From the NCBI RefSeq assembly GCF_964355755.1, contig NC_092671.1, forward strand, positions 33,924,304-33,988,303: a DNA stretch of 64,000 nucleotides, written 5' to 3'. Made by a program: the position numbers and the translations under genes. The notes beneath the pieces are model-generated. The model worked only from the letters and a program-made list of their open reading frames with translations. It made no database searches and was not told where the DNA came from. How positions within the stretch are numbered: position 1 is the stretch's first letter; every line of letters starts with the position of its first letter. Below are positions 50,181-62,740 of the stretch, one piece after another. This DNA comes from Antedon mediterranea (lineage: Eukaryota; Animalia; Echinodermata).

Positions 50181-52429
50181 GTTACAAATATGACTGATTA
50201 TATTCGTCAACACGAAAATGCTTTACGAATATGAAATGAGGATCAGCTCAAAAGTTTCACAAATGTGTGACGTTTCCAATTTCGTATTCGTAAGATTGCA
50301 AAAATTCCCTAATACCATCGGATTTATTGTTCAATCCTAGAAATTACATGGAAAATCAATAACTTTTGTAAGGAAATTAAAACTAACATGTTTAACATGA
50401 CCTTTCTGACCAATTCGTGAGTGAGATGGACGGGTGTCTAGGAGGAGGAACTTTATGACCTTACATTTCCGACCTAATATTTTGTTAATTCATTTTGTTC
50501 TTATGTACATATTACTATGTTTTTACCTTTTGGTTCATAGGTGAAATGAGGTGAAATTAACGCGTTTGGGAAAGGGTAGGGTAGCTGACATGACCTTTCA
50601 GAGCTTTTTCAGAGTTTGAGGTTTTTTTGTCCATGGGTGTAAAATGACCCAATTGGGGGGTTTTCAAGGGGGTTGAGATACTATACCGGTTTCCACGGGG
50701 TCAGGCTGACAAAATGTTGGAACGTTTCGATTGTATTAACATCAAGTCAAGCCTTCTGGGTGAAATCGGGTGAAATCATATGTTACGGGCTGCCATACTA
50801 GTTGGATCTTGTTGAATTTTCTTGCAGTCTCCTTTTCAGTTGAATTTATTGATTTTTGCTGGTAAGAATGTTTGGTGGTTTGTCGTTAAGATGATAAACA
50901 ATGTATTTTTCTGGGGGTGTAGTCCTAATTAGAAAGAAGTAAATATGATTGCAACTTATTCCTCCGTGTTTGTACTTCCTTGTAGGTCTCACACCTTGAA
51001 TCAAATTTTTAAAAAGAAATTACATGGAATGAACAGTTAAAAATCCTCATAAAATAGCAAAACATAATGTTAACATCATGTATTTTACAATATTTTATAT
51101 CTGAAAACCATATCAGAAGTTAATGGAATTGCCAGCCTCTGTCAGACATTATATCGGCCTAAAAGTGAGCCAAATCGTCACTTTATTCAGCTATCCCATA
51201 ATAGCAGCTTAGGAATTGTAATGAATAAGAAACATAACCTAGCCTAATGTTATCACTGCATTTGGTGTTTGGAAAAATGGTAAAATTGTGTAGAAACATG
51301 AGCAATAATACAGTATTGTACTTACCGCCCCTGAGATTAATTTGAAATGGTGGAAGCACCATGCGCTGATCACATTGCTGCTGTATTTATGTTGCTAATC
51401 ACCTGAGTGACCAAATTGTGAGGTAGGAAAATTGGCCGAGTATTACTGCAGTAATGAAGAAATTGCCGTTCTAATATAGATTAAATGATAAAGATGAATT
51501 AGAAACGTTAAACGGTGCTAAACCGGACTTGCGGTTTAAAAGGAGATGGAACAAATGATGGCTTAGTGCTATTTTATTATAGATAATAACAATAATAATA
51601 TAACGTAAAAGTTTCATAAGAAACTGCAACATGACAATATAATTTATATGAAAACACAATAAGCATATTGCTTATCAGATCCCTTAAAACACATTTAATT
51701 AATTGATTGTATTGTATTGAACTATCATTGAAACCTCGAAAAAAGCCAATGGGCTTCCACCTTTAGGACTCATATGTTGGCTACTTTTCAACATGGACTT
51801 CTTTTGAGATAACCTTTGTTGCAAACTGAAATGAATGCTGTACATTTTGTGAATTGCTATTACAATACATGTTTTTTTTTTTAGACATTCCCTGCTAATA
51901 TTACATATTTGCCAAGAAGGCAGACAAAAGGAAGATAACAGATGCAATTAAGCCTAAAGTACCATTTGGAAATATTTAGAATAAATATGTAAGGCTTGAT
52001 TGTTAATAAGGTTGTAAAAAAACTTTCTACCGTTTAATAGTTCCACAATATCATTTTACCATACATTTTAATTTATTTTATCATGAACATTGTGGTTAAA
52101 AAATATAGTGATATAATTAAAGCATCTTATAATGCAATAGTAATTACTTTCTACGTAAAGTTGATTGACACAATAATCTTATTTTGTATGTATCGATTGT
52201 TAGGAGTTTATAAAAGTTGTTGTTTAGCATACAAGTTAAACACGGAGCTTATCATTCTATGGAAAACATCTTAAGTAATTGCTTAAAATGTTGCCAATAA
52301 ATAAAGTGGCATTGTCAATGAAAGTATGTTTTCTAATTAATAGGCCTACAGTATCTTTGATGCAAGTTGATCATTTTACATTTTAGTGGCTATCACGCAA
52401 CATATCCATACAACGTCTTGTTTTGCAAA

Positions 52430-52720
52430 ATGTATTTCTTTTCATTTAGCGAAGGCCTTTGTTTATTTTTATTATGCCTCACGCCAATAGTACACTCTGC
52501 CCAGTACACTGTTGTTTCGAACCGTGCTCGTTTGGGCTGGACGTATGAATTACAAAATATCAACCGCGTTCAGTGCTTGTTGGAGTGTTCAAGAAACATT
52601 TTCTGCTGGTCTGTAAACTATAGACATGACAATTTAACTTGTCAAATTAGCGAGAAAAAGGAAGACGAAGAAATGGTTGAACATTTCCAACAAAATAATG
52701 TATATAAATACATGGAAAAG
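52430..52720 (+). CDS. Secreted PAN/Apple + 3x Link-module protein, coding exon 1 (signal peptide and PAN/Apple domain)
   Basis: CAAAATG start, hydrophobic MYFFSFSEGLCLFLLCLTPIVHS/AQ, PAN-like CLLECSRNIFCWSVNY..TCQIS, phase-0 donor GTAAGA. The start codon is not certain. Confidence 0.75.
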
Positions 52721-53026
52721 GTAAGATCATAGATCTATATGTAAACAATTTGTGCAGTCCAACTCAAAACCTCAGACAAACATAGTTAACACAATTATTT
52801 CATACAATTTGCATGAAATGATGATACTTCAGAGCGCTAATTCACATCCATTTTTTCTGTAATGTGCTGTATGATACAAAATAGGTACACTTCAGCAATG
52901 TAAACATTCGTCATACGACGGCAAAGTAATTTTCGACGTTCATATATTTTAACGGGTGTACATTGCATTTCCGCGGATAACCCAAGTTCAAATCTATAGT
53001 TATATGTGTTTTTTTCTTTATTTCAG

Positions 53027-53051
53027 GTCGTGAAACAAGATGTTTATAAAT
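53027..53051 (+). CDS. Same gene, 25-bp micro-exon (VVKQDVYK)
   Basis: Strong acceptor TTTCTTTATTTCAG and donor GTAAGT. It converts phase 0 to phase 1, exactly as the last exon requires. Confidence 0.75.
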
Positions 53052-53187
53052 GTAAGTATTAATTATAAGGTATAGCCTGTTTACAATCTGTTGAGTGAAT
53101 TTAAAAAATTGTAATTGTACATTTTAATTAGTAATTGATATGACAAGAATACATTCATAATTTCTATATATTGATATAATTATAATA

Positions 53188-53346
53188 ACCATCTAGGTCG
53201 TGCCCACAGATGGTTCTCGAATACACAGTAATGTCAGCGTTTAAAACTGTTTTTTTAATGTACGTACCGCATGATTAGAATACATTGTCGTTTACAGAAT
53301 CGAATAAATAGACAAGATGATTTATGTAGTCAACTAAAATTACCCT
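53188..53346 (-). mobile_element. 3' fragment of the same Helitron family
   Basis: ACCATCTAGGTCGTGCCCACAGATGG... matches 19532-19697. Confidence 0.8.
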
Positions 53347-53369
53347 GTGAATTACTTACTACAATGGGT

Positions 53370-54420
53370 TCACATTTTAAAACATAAGCTTGAACATTAT
53401 GGCATCAGAGGATTCCCTCTTCTATTATTTTCAAATTACGATAGAAAACAGTTTACATATTTTAATTCACATACTTCTAATTTATTGCTTGTAAACTATG
53501 GGGTACAACAAGGATCTACTTTAGGTCCCTTACTTTTCCTTACTTATGTAAATGATATCCCAAACTCTTCTGAGGTAATACATTATATATTATTTGCTGA
53601 TGATACAAATTTTTTTTCCCATAAAAATATTAATACATTTTTTGAAACACCTAATATGGAATTACTGGTTCATTAATAAACTATCGCTGAATATTGATAA
53701 AAACGAATTTTTTATATTTTGCATGTGACAGAAGACACGTCCGAGGGAATAATAATAATTTAAAAATCAAAATTTATAATCTTTTGATTAAAGAAAAACA
53801 ATTTCAAATATTTTTCTTGGAATAACAATTGACACCCAATTTAACTGAAAAACAGCAATTAACTAAAATTTCTAATTAGGTTGCCGGAAATATTGGAGTA
53901 ATTAGAAAACTTCAATATATTTTGCCAACAAATATTCTGATTTTATTTTATAATACTATGGTTCTTCCATATTCGTCGTATTGTAATTTGTTATGGGGAA
54001 CTGTTACAAATAACATTTTCAATACCCATAGACTACTATGGTAACTTGGACCATCTCTTTAAATTACAGAAGAAAGCGCTTCGTATTTGTTCTAAATCAA
54101 CTTATCTAGCCCATACCAAACCACTCTTTTTAACATTTAAAACATTAAATATAATTGTTTGCAATATGCTTTATTTATGTACAAATACGAAAATAATAAA
54201 CTCCCAACATCATTTATTTATTTTAAACTACTTTATGAAACATAGTCAACTACATAGTCATAATACACGCAATGCAAATGATCTTTTACCTAAGTGTACA
54301 AACAATTCGATCAAGAACTCTATTAAATGCCATGGAGCTAAATTTAAATCTAAATTCAATCTAATCTTCTAAATTAAAATTAGTATACAAGAACTATTTA
54401 CTTTCAAGATATGATGAACG
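53370..54420 (+). mobile_element. 5'-truncated LINE RT fragment (intronic)
   Basis: KLEHYGIRG, GVQQGSTLGPLLFL, LFADDT and LQKKALR motifs. Confidence 0.85.
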
Positions 54421-54666
54421 TTAAACATATATATTTTATAAGACTAGTTAAGATCAGATAAAATGGTTTAAATAGATATTGTAGCTTTGTTTTCTTTTAT
54501 TTATTATTAACTTATGTATATGTTTTGTTTTCTTTTTCGTTTTCGTATTTAATGTTATATCTTGGGGTGGATAAAACCTAAAGTATTTTGACTTATGTGA
54601 CCCCCACCCCCACACTATTACTTCATTTTAATTATTTTACTGAATATTATGATATTGTGAAAAAAC

Positions 54667-54804
54667 GTTCCTCAGGTGATTCGAACCCATACATTGACCC
54701 ATATATTAATTTTGTATTATGTATGTGTTGAAATAAAAAAATAAAAAATAAAAAAATACATTGACATGCGAGGTCAATAGTTTAATCCATTCGACTACAC
54801 AGAC
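54667..54804 (-). pseudogene. tRNA-Ala(CGC)-like / SINE-head sequence split by a small retro-insertion
   Basis: A box TAGTCGAATGG, anticodon arm TTGAC-CTCGCAT-GTCAA, B box GGTTCGAATC; interrupted at 54699-54755. Confidence 0.55.
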
Positions 54805-55014
54805 GGCTCGACGCAAAGCGTTAGTAAATTGTAGTTAGATCAATTCTTAAATTATACCATTGGATATGACTATAGTTTTTTTTTTGGTACGTTTCATAAG
54901 GGGTTCCCACTTATTTACGAAAAGAAATATTGCGGCCGGGACGGAGTGAAGAGTTGGCGGTCATTTTAAAGAAACTCTCTTGTTTAGGCCTACATAATCT
55001 CTGAGCATAATAAG

Positions 55015-55413
55015 AATATCTTGAAGCGTCTTCATAGAAGAACGGCTCGCATTGTTACCCAAAATTTTGATTTTATTGACGTGAGGGGTGATGACATAAT
55101 TCAGGATCTTTCCTGGAAAACATTTGAAGAGAGAAGAGATTTTTATCTAGCTAGTCTAATGTATAAATGTATCAACGGCCTTGCGCCAACCAGATTGACA
55201 AATGAAATTGAACTAATTGGGAATGTACACACCCATTCAACGCGTGGAGTAGACAACTTAAATGTTGTTATACCCCATTATACCCGCAGCAAAATGGATT
55301 CGTCTTTTAAAATTGCAGCCGGAAAAATATGGAATTACTTGCCAGCTGATATAAAACATTCACCCACAATCATGTCCTTTAAAGCTAGATACAGATCTCA
55401 TTTTTTTTCATAA
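55015..55413 (+). mobile_element. LINE 3'-end fragment (intronic)
   Basis: ARIVT..LSWKTFEERR..MYKCING..HSTR..KIWNYLP is a typical L2/CR1 ORF2 C-terminus. Confidence 0.8.
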
Positions 55414-56098
55414 CATTTAACTTCCAGTTTATATTTTTTTGTTGCTTTTATTATTAATTGTAATTGTATAAGATTTTATCCGTTTATTTTATATTGACAC
55501 TGTTGATTCGTCTATTTGTTTTTTAAATATTTTTATATAGTTTATTTTATATCATTGTTGTTACTTTGGGAGTACGGAACCTGAACTCTTGTTATAGTGA
55601 TTATGTTCACTTTTAGGTTCCTGCCTACTCCCTTAGTTTCTGTGTTTTGTTTGTTTGTAACTGGTTTTTGGCAATAAATAATAATAATAAATAATAATAA
55701 TAATAATATTTTAAATTTCTATCCGTTTTTGTCGACATGACCACAATGCAAAACAAGTTTATTTCTACTTGATTGTGTATTATCCTGTATAAATATGTTG
55801 TTAAATAAATAAATAAATAAAAACATATTACACCATAGACATTATTAAATTGTGTCGCATCGTTTCAAATGTAGGCCTATGTCATTTTCTCATTTTGTTG
55901 ACTTTATCATAGCGTGACAGTAAGAATACTGCAGTAATAAAAAGTATACGTATTTGTTTAATGTTAAGTAACGAAACATCAATCAACGAGTCAGAATAAA
56001 CGGCTATGAACAATAAACACATGGCTGTTTTTTAATTCTATAATTCATAAAATTATGTTATGAACGACTTAAACTAATGTATATATTTTGTATTTCAG

Positions 56099-57048
56099 AT
56101 TATTTGAATTACAATTCAGATAACTTGGTTACATTTGAAGATGCTTATAAGAGCTGTAAACAGAATCGAGGCACTCTAGCATCCTACGAGCATCTTTACA
56201 GAGCATTCCAACCTCGAATGGAGAACTGTCACGAAGGTTGGCTTATAAGTGGTGAGATTGCATTTACAGAATCTGTCGATGACAAATGCGCGCTGAAACC
56301 ACCAAATAATCGTAGTAATATATTTCCCTGTCAAACATATTATAGCGGTTTCTTTTGTTACAAGGAATACGAGCACTATCTGAATATTGCTGACTATATT
56401 CCAGCAAACCAGCGAATAATTCGAATGATAAAAGATAATAACTTTTCACAAACAAAAAATAAACTAAACGCAGAAGAGTCCGAAGAGTGTTGCACAAACA
56501 ACTTTGGCGGTCGACTGGCAACTCCTTTTGAAGTTTATAATACTTGGTACACACAGGGCGTAGATCTATGTGAGGACGCATGGTTTTCAAGAGGTTTGGG
56601 TGGAACAGCTTGTTTTTTGGATGGTAATCCCTCTCAATTCTGGTCATATACTAGTATTCAAGTCAAGCTGGAATACCCCGAATATAGATACTTTGCTATG
56701 TGTTACATTCCTAATCAAGGCGATAACCTAACATATCCATATCCTTTTCCTCCTCACGGTGTTGAGAATGTTTATGGCCGTAGAATTTTTACTCTAACTT
56801 ATTATGAGGCACAAAACAGATGTCTTGGCTACAATGGTACATTAGCCACAAGAGCACAAGTCGAGTATGCTTATGATAACTTCGGATTTGAATCCTGTAA
56901 ATATGGCTGGGTTAAAAGTGGGGAGTTAGTTGCTCCCACGGTGAGTATCAATAGAGGCATATGTAAATCTCCCAATACCGGTTTTTTTACCTACGGATAC
57001 AAACCTCTTAATGAAACTTGGAATGGTTATTGTTTTATCCCAAACTAA
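56099..57048 (+). CDS. Same gene, last exon with three tandem Link (Xlink) modules
   Basis: 950-bp stop-free exon after TATTTCAG. Three copies of the A..C....G.LA[ST]...C..[GA]W...C...C[YF] pattern, e.g. LTYYEAQNRCLGYNGTLATRAQVEYAY..GFESCKYGW..GYCF. Confidence 0.88.
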
Positions 57049-57080
57049 AGCTTGTTAAACAAATTTAGTCACGGGGAGAA

Positions 57081-58517
57081 TCCTATATTATTTTCACAGA
57101 GAAAAACGATCGATCTACTCTTTCCACTAGAGCGAATAACTGTTATTTCATTTCTACTGATTTTCGATTCGCACTCGTGAACTCATTTTTTGTGCTATGA
57201 TTGGTTGAGAAAGTTGTTGCTTTCAAACAAGTAGAAACCATTTGAAGTAATTTTAATTTGACGTCTCAGCGATCATGTTACGTCACTGTATAAACTACGC
57301 AACCTCATCATGGCCCGATCTTCGAATACCATGCCAGGCCGCTATAAAAACTGTCTTTAGTCAACCGTATCGAATGATCGCGTCGTTGAAGTTTTAAATA
57401 ACTACACCTATTCTTTGAACAGAATGACCGTAAATAACGGTTTGGTGGGCTCATTGAGTAAAACTCCATGGCCTTTGATATCAATGCTTAGTACGTTCGA
57501 GTTCAATCCGCGACATGTGTAATTATTAATTATCACCGGTTAAAGCTAAAATCAAAACTAGACCATAATGTAATTACAAAACTAGCAAAAAAGATACGAA
57601 ACCTCACAAAAACAATTGCAAAATAAAAAAAAACCATGAAAATAAAATGTAAATGAACTAAAAAAAACACAAACACAAATAAAACGAATCCAAATGGGTG
57701 TCGTGTTTCGACAAAATATCAACAGCCAAAAAAAAGTTGGAGTGCATTAATTTCGGACACTTTTTGTGTGCGTAAGCAGCTGTAGTTTTATTATTCTATA
57801 ATTTATTTCATATTCATATTAAAAAAAAACCAACCTAACAATTCTTGTTTCCGCAGCAATGTATTTTCCAATCGATTTATGTTAAACTTGTTTATGTTAT
57901 CTGTAGGCCTATGTATCAAATAACTAATATTATGCGAAAAAAATAATAATAATATAGATTGGCACTTGGCTATACTTTCATACTTTAGTGTCTGCGCGCA
58001 TCATCTAATTCACACAGCACCATTTTTCTTTAGCGTCTTTTATTTTCGCAAAGTCTGATCAGGCAAAAGTAAAGTATAAAGTTCCATATCCAGTATTGTT
58101 TTCATTTTTTAGTCTACATATATTTCAAAGTGAAGGGATAGTGTATAACAATCAATGGCCGCCGTAAATACAGTAGTTCCGAATGTTATGCTTGATACAA
58201 TTTGGTTTTATTTGTCAAAGTAATTTTATCAGAGTGCGCTTTTTATATACTTGCCCATGTAAAGTATATAACCGTGCGAAGTTTTAATTAATTACACTTA
58301 TTCTTTGAACAGAATAATTATCTTAATCACGGCCATTTATATTAATGTTCAGTACGTTCGAATCCGCGACATGTGTAATTATTAAGTATCAAAACTAGAC
58401 TACAATGTAATTACAAAACTAAAAAAAATTGTCAAAGTACATTTATCAGAGTGCGTTTTTATTATACTTGCCCATGCAAAGGCAGAAAAATACCTTGCGG
58501 AGCACGGGTTCTTCTAG
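57081..58517 (+). mobile_element. Non-autonomous Helitron (second family) in the gene's 3' region
   Basis: A|TCCTATATTATT start and CCTTGCGGAGCACGGG hairpin + TTCTTCTAG|T end; internal duplication ~57390-57580 / ~58280-58420. Confidence 0.7.
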
Positions 58518-59650
58518 TTATAAAATATTAAGGTTTTCCAACTATATTGATAATCAATTATTGTGTATTTTAACATATTTTATTGATATGAATTGAACCT
58601 CACTTATTTTAACCAGTTTTATGTAGGCAAAAGTGCTTGATGCAAAGCATAATATAAATAGTTGCAATGCACTACAGGCTGTTACATGAGGAGTACTTCA
58701 ATATTAGGTGTTTGGCTCTGAACGTGCATGTGCTTTGCTCTAAACATAAGAAAAAAAATAGTAGTTTAAAAATGTGAACATTTAATGTTTGATCTTATTT
58801 TTGATGTTGGGTTTTTCTTGTTTAGTTTTGTTAATCCAAGTATATGTATTTTAATGATAGTTTTATAGATAAAAAAATACTTTACTATATTCAAGAGTTT
58901 TTCTTCTGTTAAAATGCTAAACATGGGATGACAGGATAAACTTTAACATTTTAAATTTTAATTCTTTACGTACCAATTGAACATAAACTCTTCAATGCAT
59001 ATTTACATGTGAAATCTGTAGACCTACGTATCAATACCGACCCGTCGTAGATTGGTACAACTGTATAGTTATATAAATTTGACAGACATGAATTATAGTA
59101 ACTTGAAACCGCTTAGTGATATCATAAATTAATGAATAGAAGGATACGTATCGACGGTGGAATAAAACGATTTTCCTACGTGCTTGACTAAAGCACTGCT
59201 GCCAATCAAACAAACACGCTCTTTGAACTGCGTGTCTCTAACTGCGGTTTTCTATAGAACGCTGCGAATCAGGGAAGAGTTAAATTACTTTAACTCTTCC
59301 CTGCTGCGAATCAACTGTTACATTTCTTGACAAATATACACATGTAGAAATCGTATGCGCAGTATAGATTGTTCTATTGACATGTCTGCGTCGATGATTG
59401 ACAACAACAAGATATTGCTGAACAATTTGTTTTAATTTCATCACAATCGGACTACTAAGTTCACTTTCTTACGACCGTAATTGTAAGTAGTTGGTAATAT
59501 TAATAAAATATGCAATGTTTATATTTGAATCATCATATTGTCATGCAACCTACTGAAATTACCAATTGCGTTAATCTATAGAATATTAAATTATGTATTT
59601 GACCATGTATGTCGTTACCGTGTGCTGTGGTATGCAGTACAACAAACGTG

Positions 59651-59773
59651 TTTTTAGTCGCGTGCAACGTGATTCTACAGCTCACTATGTCGGTCGGTCG
59701 GTTGGTTGGTCGGTCGGTTGGTCGGTAAACACTAACTTGAGCACGCGACTGCAGCCATGTATATGGCCTTGTT
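59651..59773 (+). mobile_element. 123-bp minimal HINE
   Basis: TTTTT-AGTCGCGTGC, (GGTC/GGTT)n, inverted GCACGCGACT, hairpin GCCATGTATATGGC, CTTGTT end. Confidence 0.8.
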
Positions 59774-60784
59774 AATATATGGCTAAGCAGGGTTTCTTCA
59801 TGAATCTCCCTAATTATCGATGTAATTATATTTAAATTATAGTGCCTGGTGATTGGCTAGTGGTTGTGTCATCTACATCACAGCTAATCACCGGGCCTAA
59901 TCGAACCAAAACTGCTATATCTGATCCACATTATTATTTCCACAAGATACAAGAAGTAGACAAAGGTGAGTATATAGATCATGATCTAAACTTAAGATAA
60001 AATGACGGCTAACCCATTGGGTTTACTAGGATAGCAGCTAGCATAAATATGAAATCATGCCAAGGTGCTAAGGTTGTTGCGCATGTACAGTAAGCAATAT
60101 ATTAGGCACGCGACCGTCGGTTAATTAAACTGTGTTTATTTTGTAAAATTATGGGCTCTGTCGATTAGAATCATGTAAGCTTTGATCTCAAACTGATGCA
60201 TATCCTTCTGTCCATTATTTCATGGTGATAGGCTTATACTGTAAAGTGTTCAAATAATTTTGAACCCGTGATAATAGCATGTAGTTCAATAACTATTTTA
60301 GACATTTTTTAATTCTGAGATAGGCGGACACAGTGAAAAAATCTCAGTGCAATCACAGATAGGAATATTATGTGAAACGTGCTGTAGATGTTATACCAAT
60401 CAGGGTACACTGTGCATGTCAAATGAAGGATTTCGATCATAATCTATCAAATTCATCGTTCCTTTTCAACAATTCAAAACGTTCCTTTAGATGTGTACAA
60501 AATATAATGAACTGAATTTAGATTTTCTACATTATATTTTAAAATGTATTTTGATTTGAACAGTGTAGAGAATACCGTTGCGCAATTTGAATCAAAATTC
60601 TTAATTAAAATTGCTCAGAAAATTTCACACAGCGCAATGTATTTTCAATATTTAAAAAAAGATTTCCTTGTGAACTTTAAAATTACACGTTTTCTTGATG
60701 TGAATAAACTGATTTTTTTTAAATTATTTGCACATGAATTTTGTAGAATTCTTTTGTATAGAATTTTGCAAACTGATCGTTTTT

Positions 60785-61046
60785 ACATTTAACGGCGTGA
60801 TGTTTGCACATTAACGGCGTGATGTTTGCACATTAACGGCGTGATGTTTGCACATTAACGGCGTGATGTTTGCACATTAACGGCGTGATGTTTGCACATT
60901 AACGGCGTGATGTTCACATTAACGGCGTGATGTTTGCACATTAACGACGTGATGTTTGCACATTAACGGCGTGATGTTTGCACATTAACGGCGTGATGTT
61001 TACTCATTAACGGCGTGATGTTTGCACATTAACAGCGTGATGTTTG
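60785..61046. repeat. 22-bp minisatellite, about 12 copies
   Basis: Head-to-tail ACATTAACGGCGTGATGTTTGC units with no spacers. Confidence 0.95.
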
Positions 61047-61671
61047 GTCAACAATATTCATCATTATCGAGCAATTGTTTGATGTTTTGTAATTGTTATA
61101 ATTGTTAAATTTTAATTATTTTTCTAAACTCAAGCATTTCCACTTCTGTTGCATTTTGAGTATATACCGAATAAAAAAATAAAATATAGATTAAAAAATT
61201 TACATTTTGAGCCTGTCTCTTGTGGTATATCGCAGTGTCATTTTTATATTCTATTTGAAAACATAATTATACATATATAAAACTTATCACATACATTCTT
61301 AATGCCAGAGGAAATGTCTTGTGGATGGAGAAGATGCAGAAGAAGCCAATTAGGTTCTCCGGGATTGTATATTGAGAAGTTCCCTTTCTAATATTGGTAA
61401 TCAAAGTATCGGTAATTCACAAATGATTGTGTGCCCAGATAGACTAGAAGATTGTTTACCTTTATTCTTCTGGTCTGCCTGGGCCCACGGTATTTACTTA
61501 AAATGTACGTTTGGAGATCAGATACAACTTAGAGCATAGTTGATATCTTGTTATGTTTACAACGCATGCTAGACTAAATTCCATATAGGCCTAGAGGATG
61601 TCCACTGTGAAAATCTTGATATTGATAAGATTGTATTGGATAGCTACTTTAGTACAAGAAATAAGTGAGCA

Positions 61672-61870
61672 TTGTTACAACCGTTAATGTAGAAAACGCC
61701 AGCTAATGTCGAAACAACCGTTAATGTAGAAAAATCCACCGCTTATGTAGTAAAACCTTCAGCTTATATAGAAACACAAACAGCTTATGTAGTAAATAAA
61801 AAACAACACCCGCTAATGTAGAAACGGTCAACAGCTTATGTAGTAACGAACTTGCCTCCCAGCTTATGTG
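61672..61870. repeat. Subterminal repeat array of a DNA-transposon end
   Basis: Repeated CAGCTTATGTAGTAA / CCGTTAATGTAGAAA motifs following TGTTACA. Confidence 0.5.
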
Positions 61871-62129
61871 TTACTTACTAAATACTTACTGTAGATCCCT
61901 TACGAGAGATGGTCGATTATTAGAAGCGTTCCCTTAACAGAGATGGTTGCTTACGATGTGTGGTCGTTTTAGAAAGTTAGTTGCTTACGAGAGGTGGAAA
62001 GACTGATAACTAAGTAATGATCGATGCTTGCTACTCTAGTAGCTAGATCAACTTTCGTATGCACTTTGAGGTCCAGAGAATTTGACTTCAGAAATTGTTT
62101 TAGGATGGTCAAACAATCATTATTGGCTT

Positions 62130-62740
62130 GGTTACACATTTTTGAAAATGTGGCGAAAAGTCAAAAGGTCAGGGTGAAAGGTTATAAAACTAAACACCAA
62201 TAGGTCCTTAAATCTTGACAACCACTGGTCACAGCAAGATAATTTTGGTCTCAAATTGATCAGAAGGTATACACTTATATTTAGTCTAATGGGACATTTT
62301 AGTAAAAAAATGATCGGAAATGCCATTTCTGACCTTTGACCCACAACCCAAGGCATGTATGTATCTCCGTAACTACTGGTCGTATACACTTGAATTTGGT
62401 TTTAAATTGTTCGAAATATATGTTTTGTTATTTGTTACACATTTTAGAAAAATGTTACAAAAGGTCAAAGGGTCACGGTCAAGGGTTATATGAACAAATA
62501 AAAAAAGGTACTTGTATCTCGGCAACCACAGGTCACAGCAAGTCAATTTTGACCTCAAAATGTTCAGAAGGCATGCATTTATATTTCATCTAATGGAGCA
62601 TGTTAGTCAAAAATGAAAATGGCATTTCTGATCTTTGACCCACATAACAGGGCATCTTCATATCTCTGTAAGTACTGGTCGTAGAAACTTAAATTTGGTA
62701 TCAAATTGTTCGAAATATACATATTTACATTTATTGTAAT
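62130..62740. repeat. Diverged repeat related to the TIR repeats of 31754-34181
   Basis: Shared TGACCTTTGAC and TTTGGT.TCAAATTGTTC motifs in an approximately 300-bp dimer. Confidence 0.45.

Larger units (their letters stand above)
43663..50310. mobile_element. Harbinger-like MITE tandem (unit 1 43663-44887, unit 2 ~44893-50310)
   Basis: AGGGAGTTTTCGCAATCTTACGAATACG termini with flanking AAT/AAT. An internal right end at 44887 is followed by a 5'-clipped left end. Confidence 0.7.
41709..50800 (+). mobile_element. Decayed AcademX-type element with nested insertions
   Basis: IR CGTAACATATGATTTCACCC at both ends and right terminus ...ATACTA. XPG-like remnants at 41930-43100 (CSNHEEAE, SCDYTSLFKRKGK, VDEVRLQMF). 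The exact left end and TSD are not resolved. Confidence 0.7.

Noticed and set aside
60785-61046. CRISPR-like array
   Set aside because: Head-to-tail 22-bp repeats without unique spacers, no cas genes, and a eukaryotic context.
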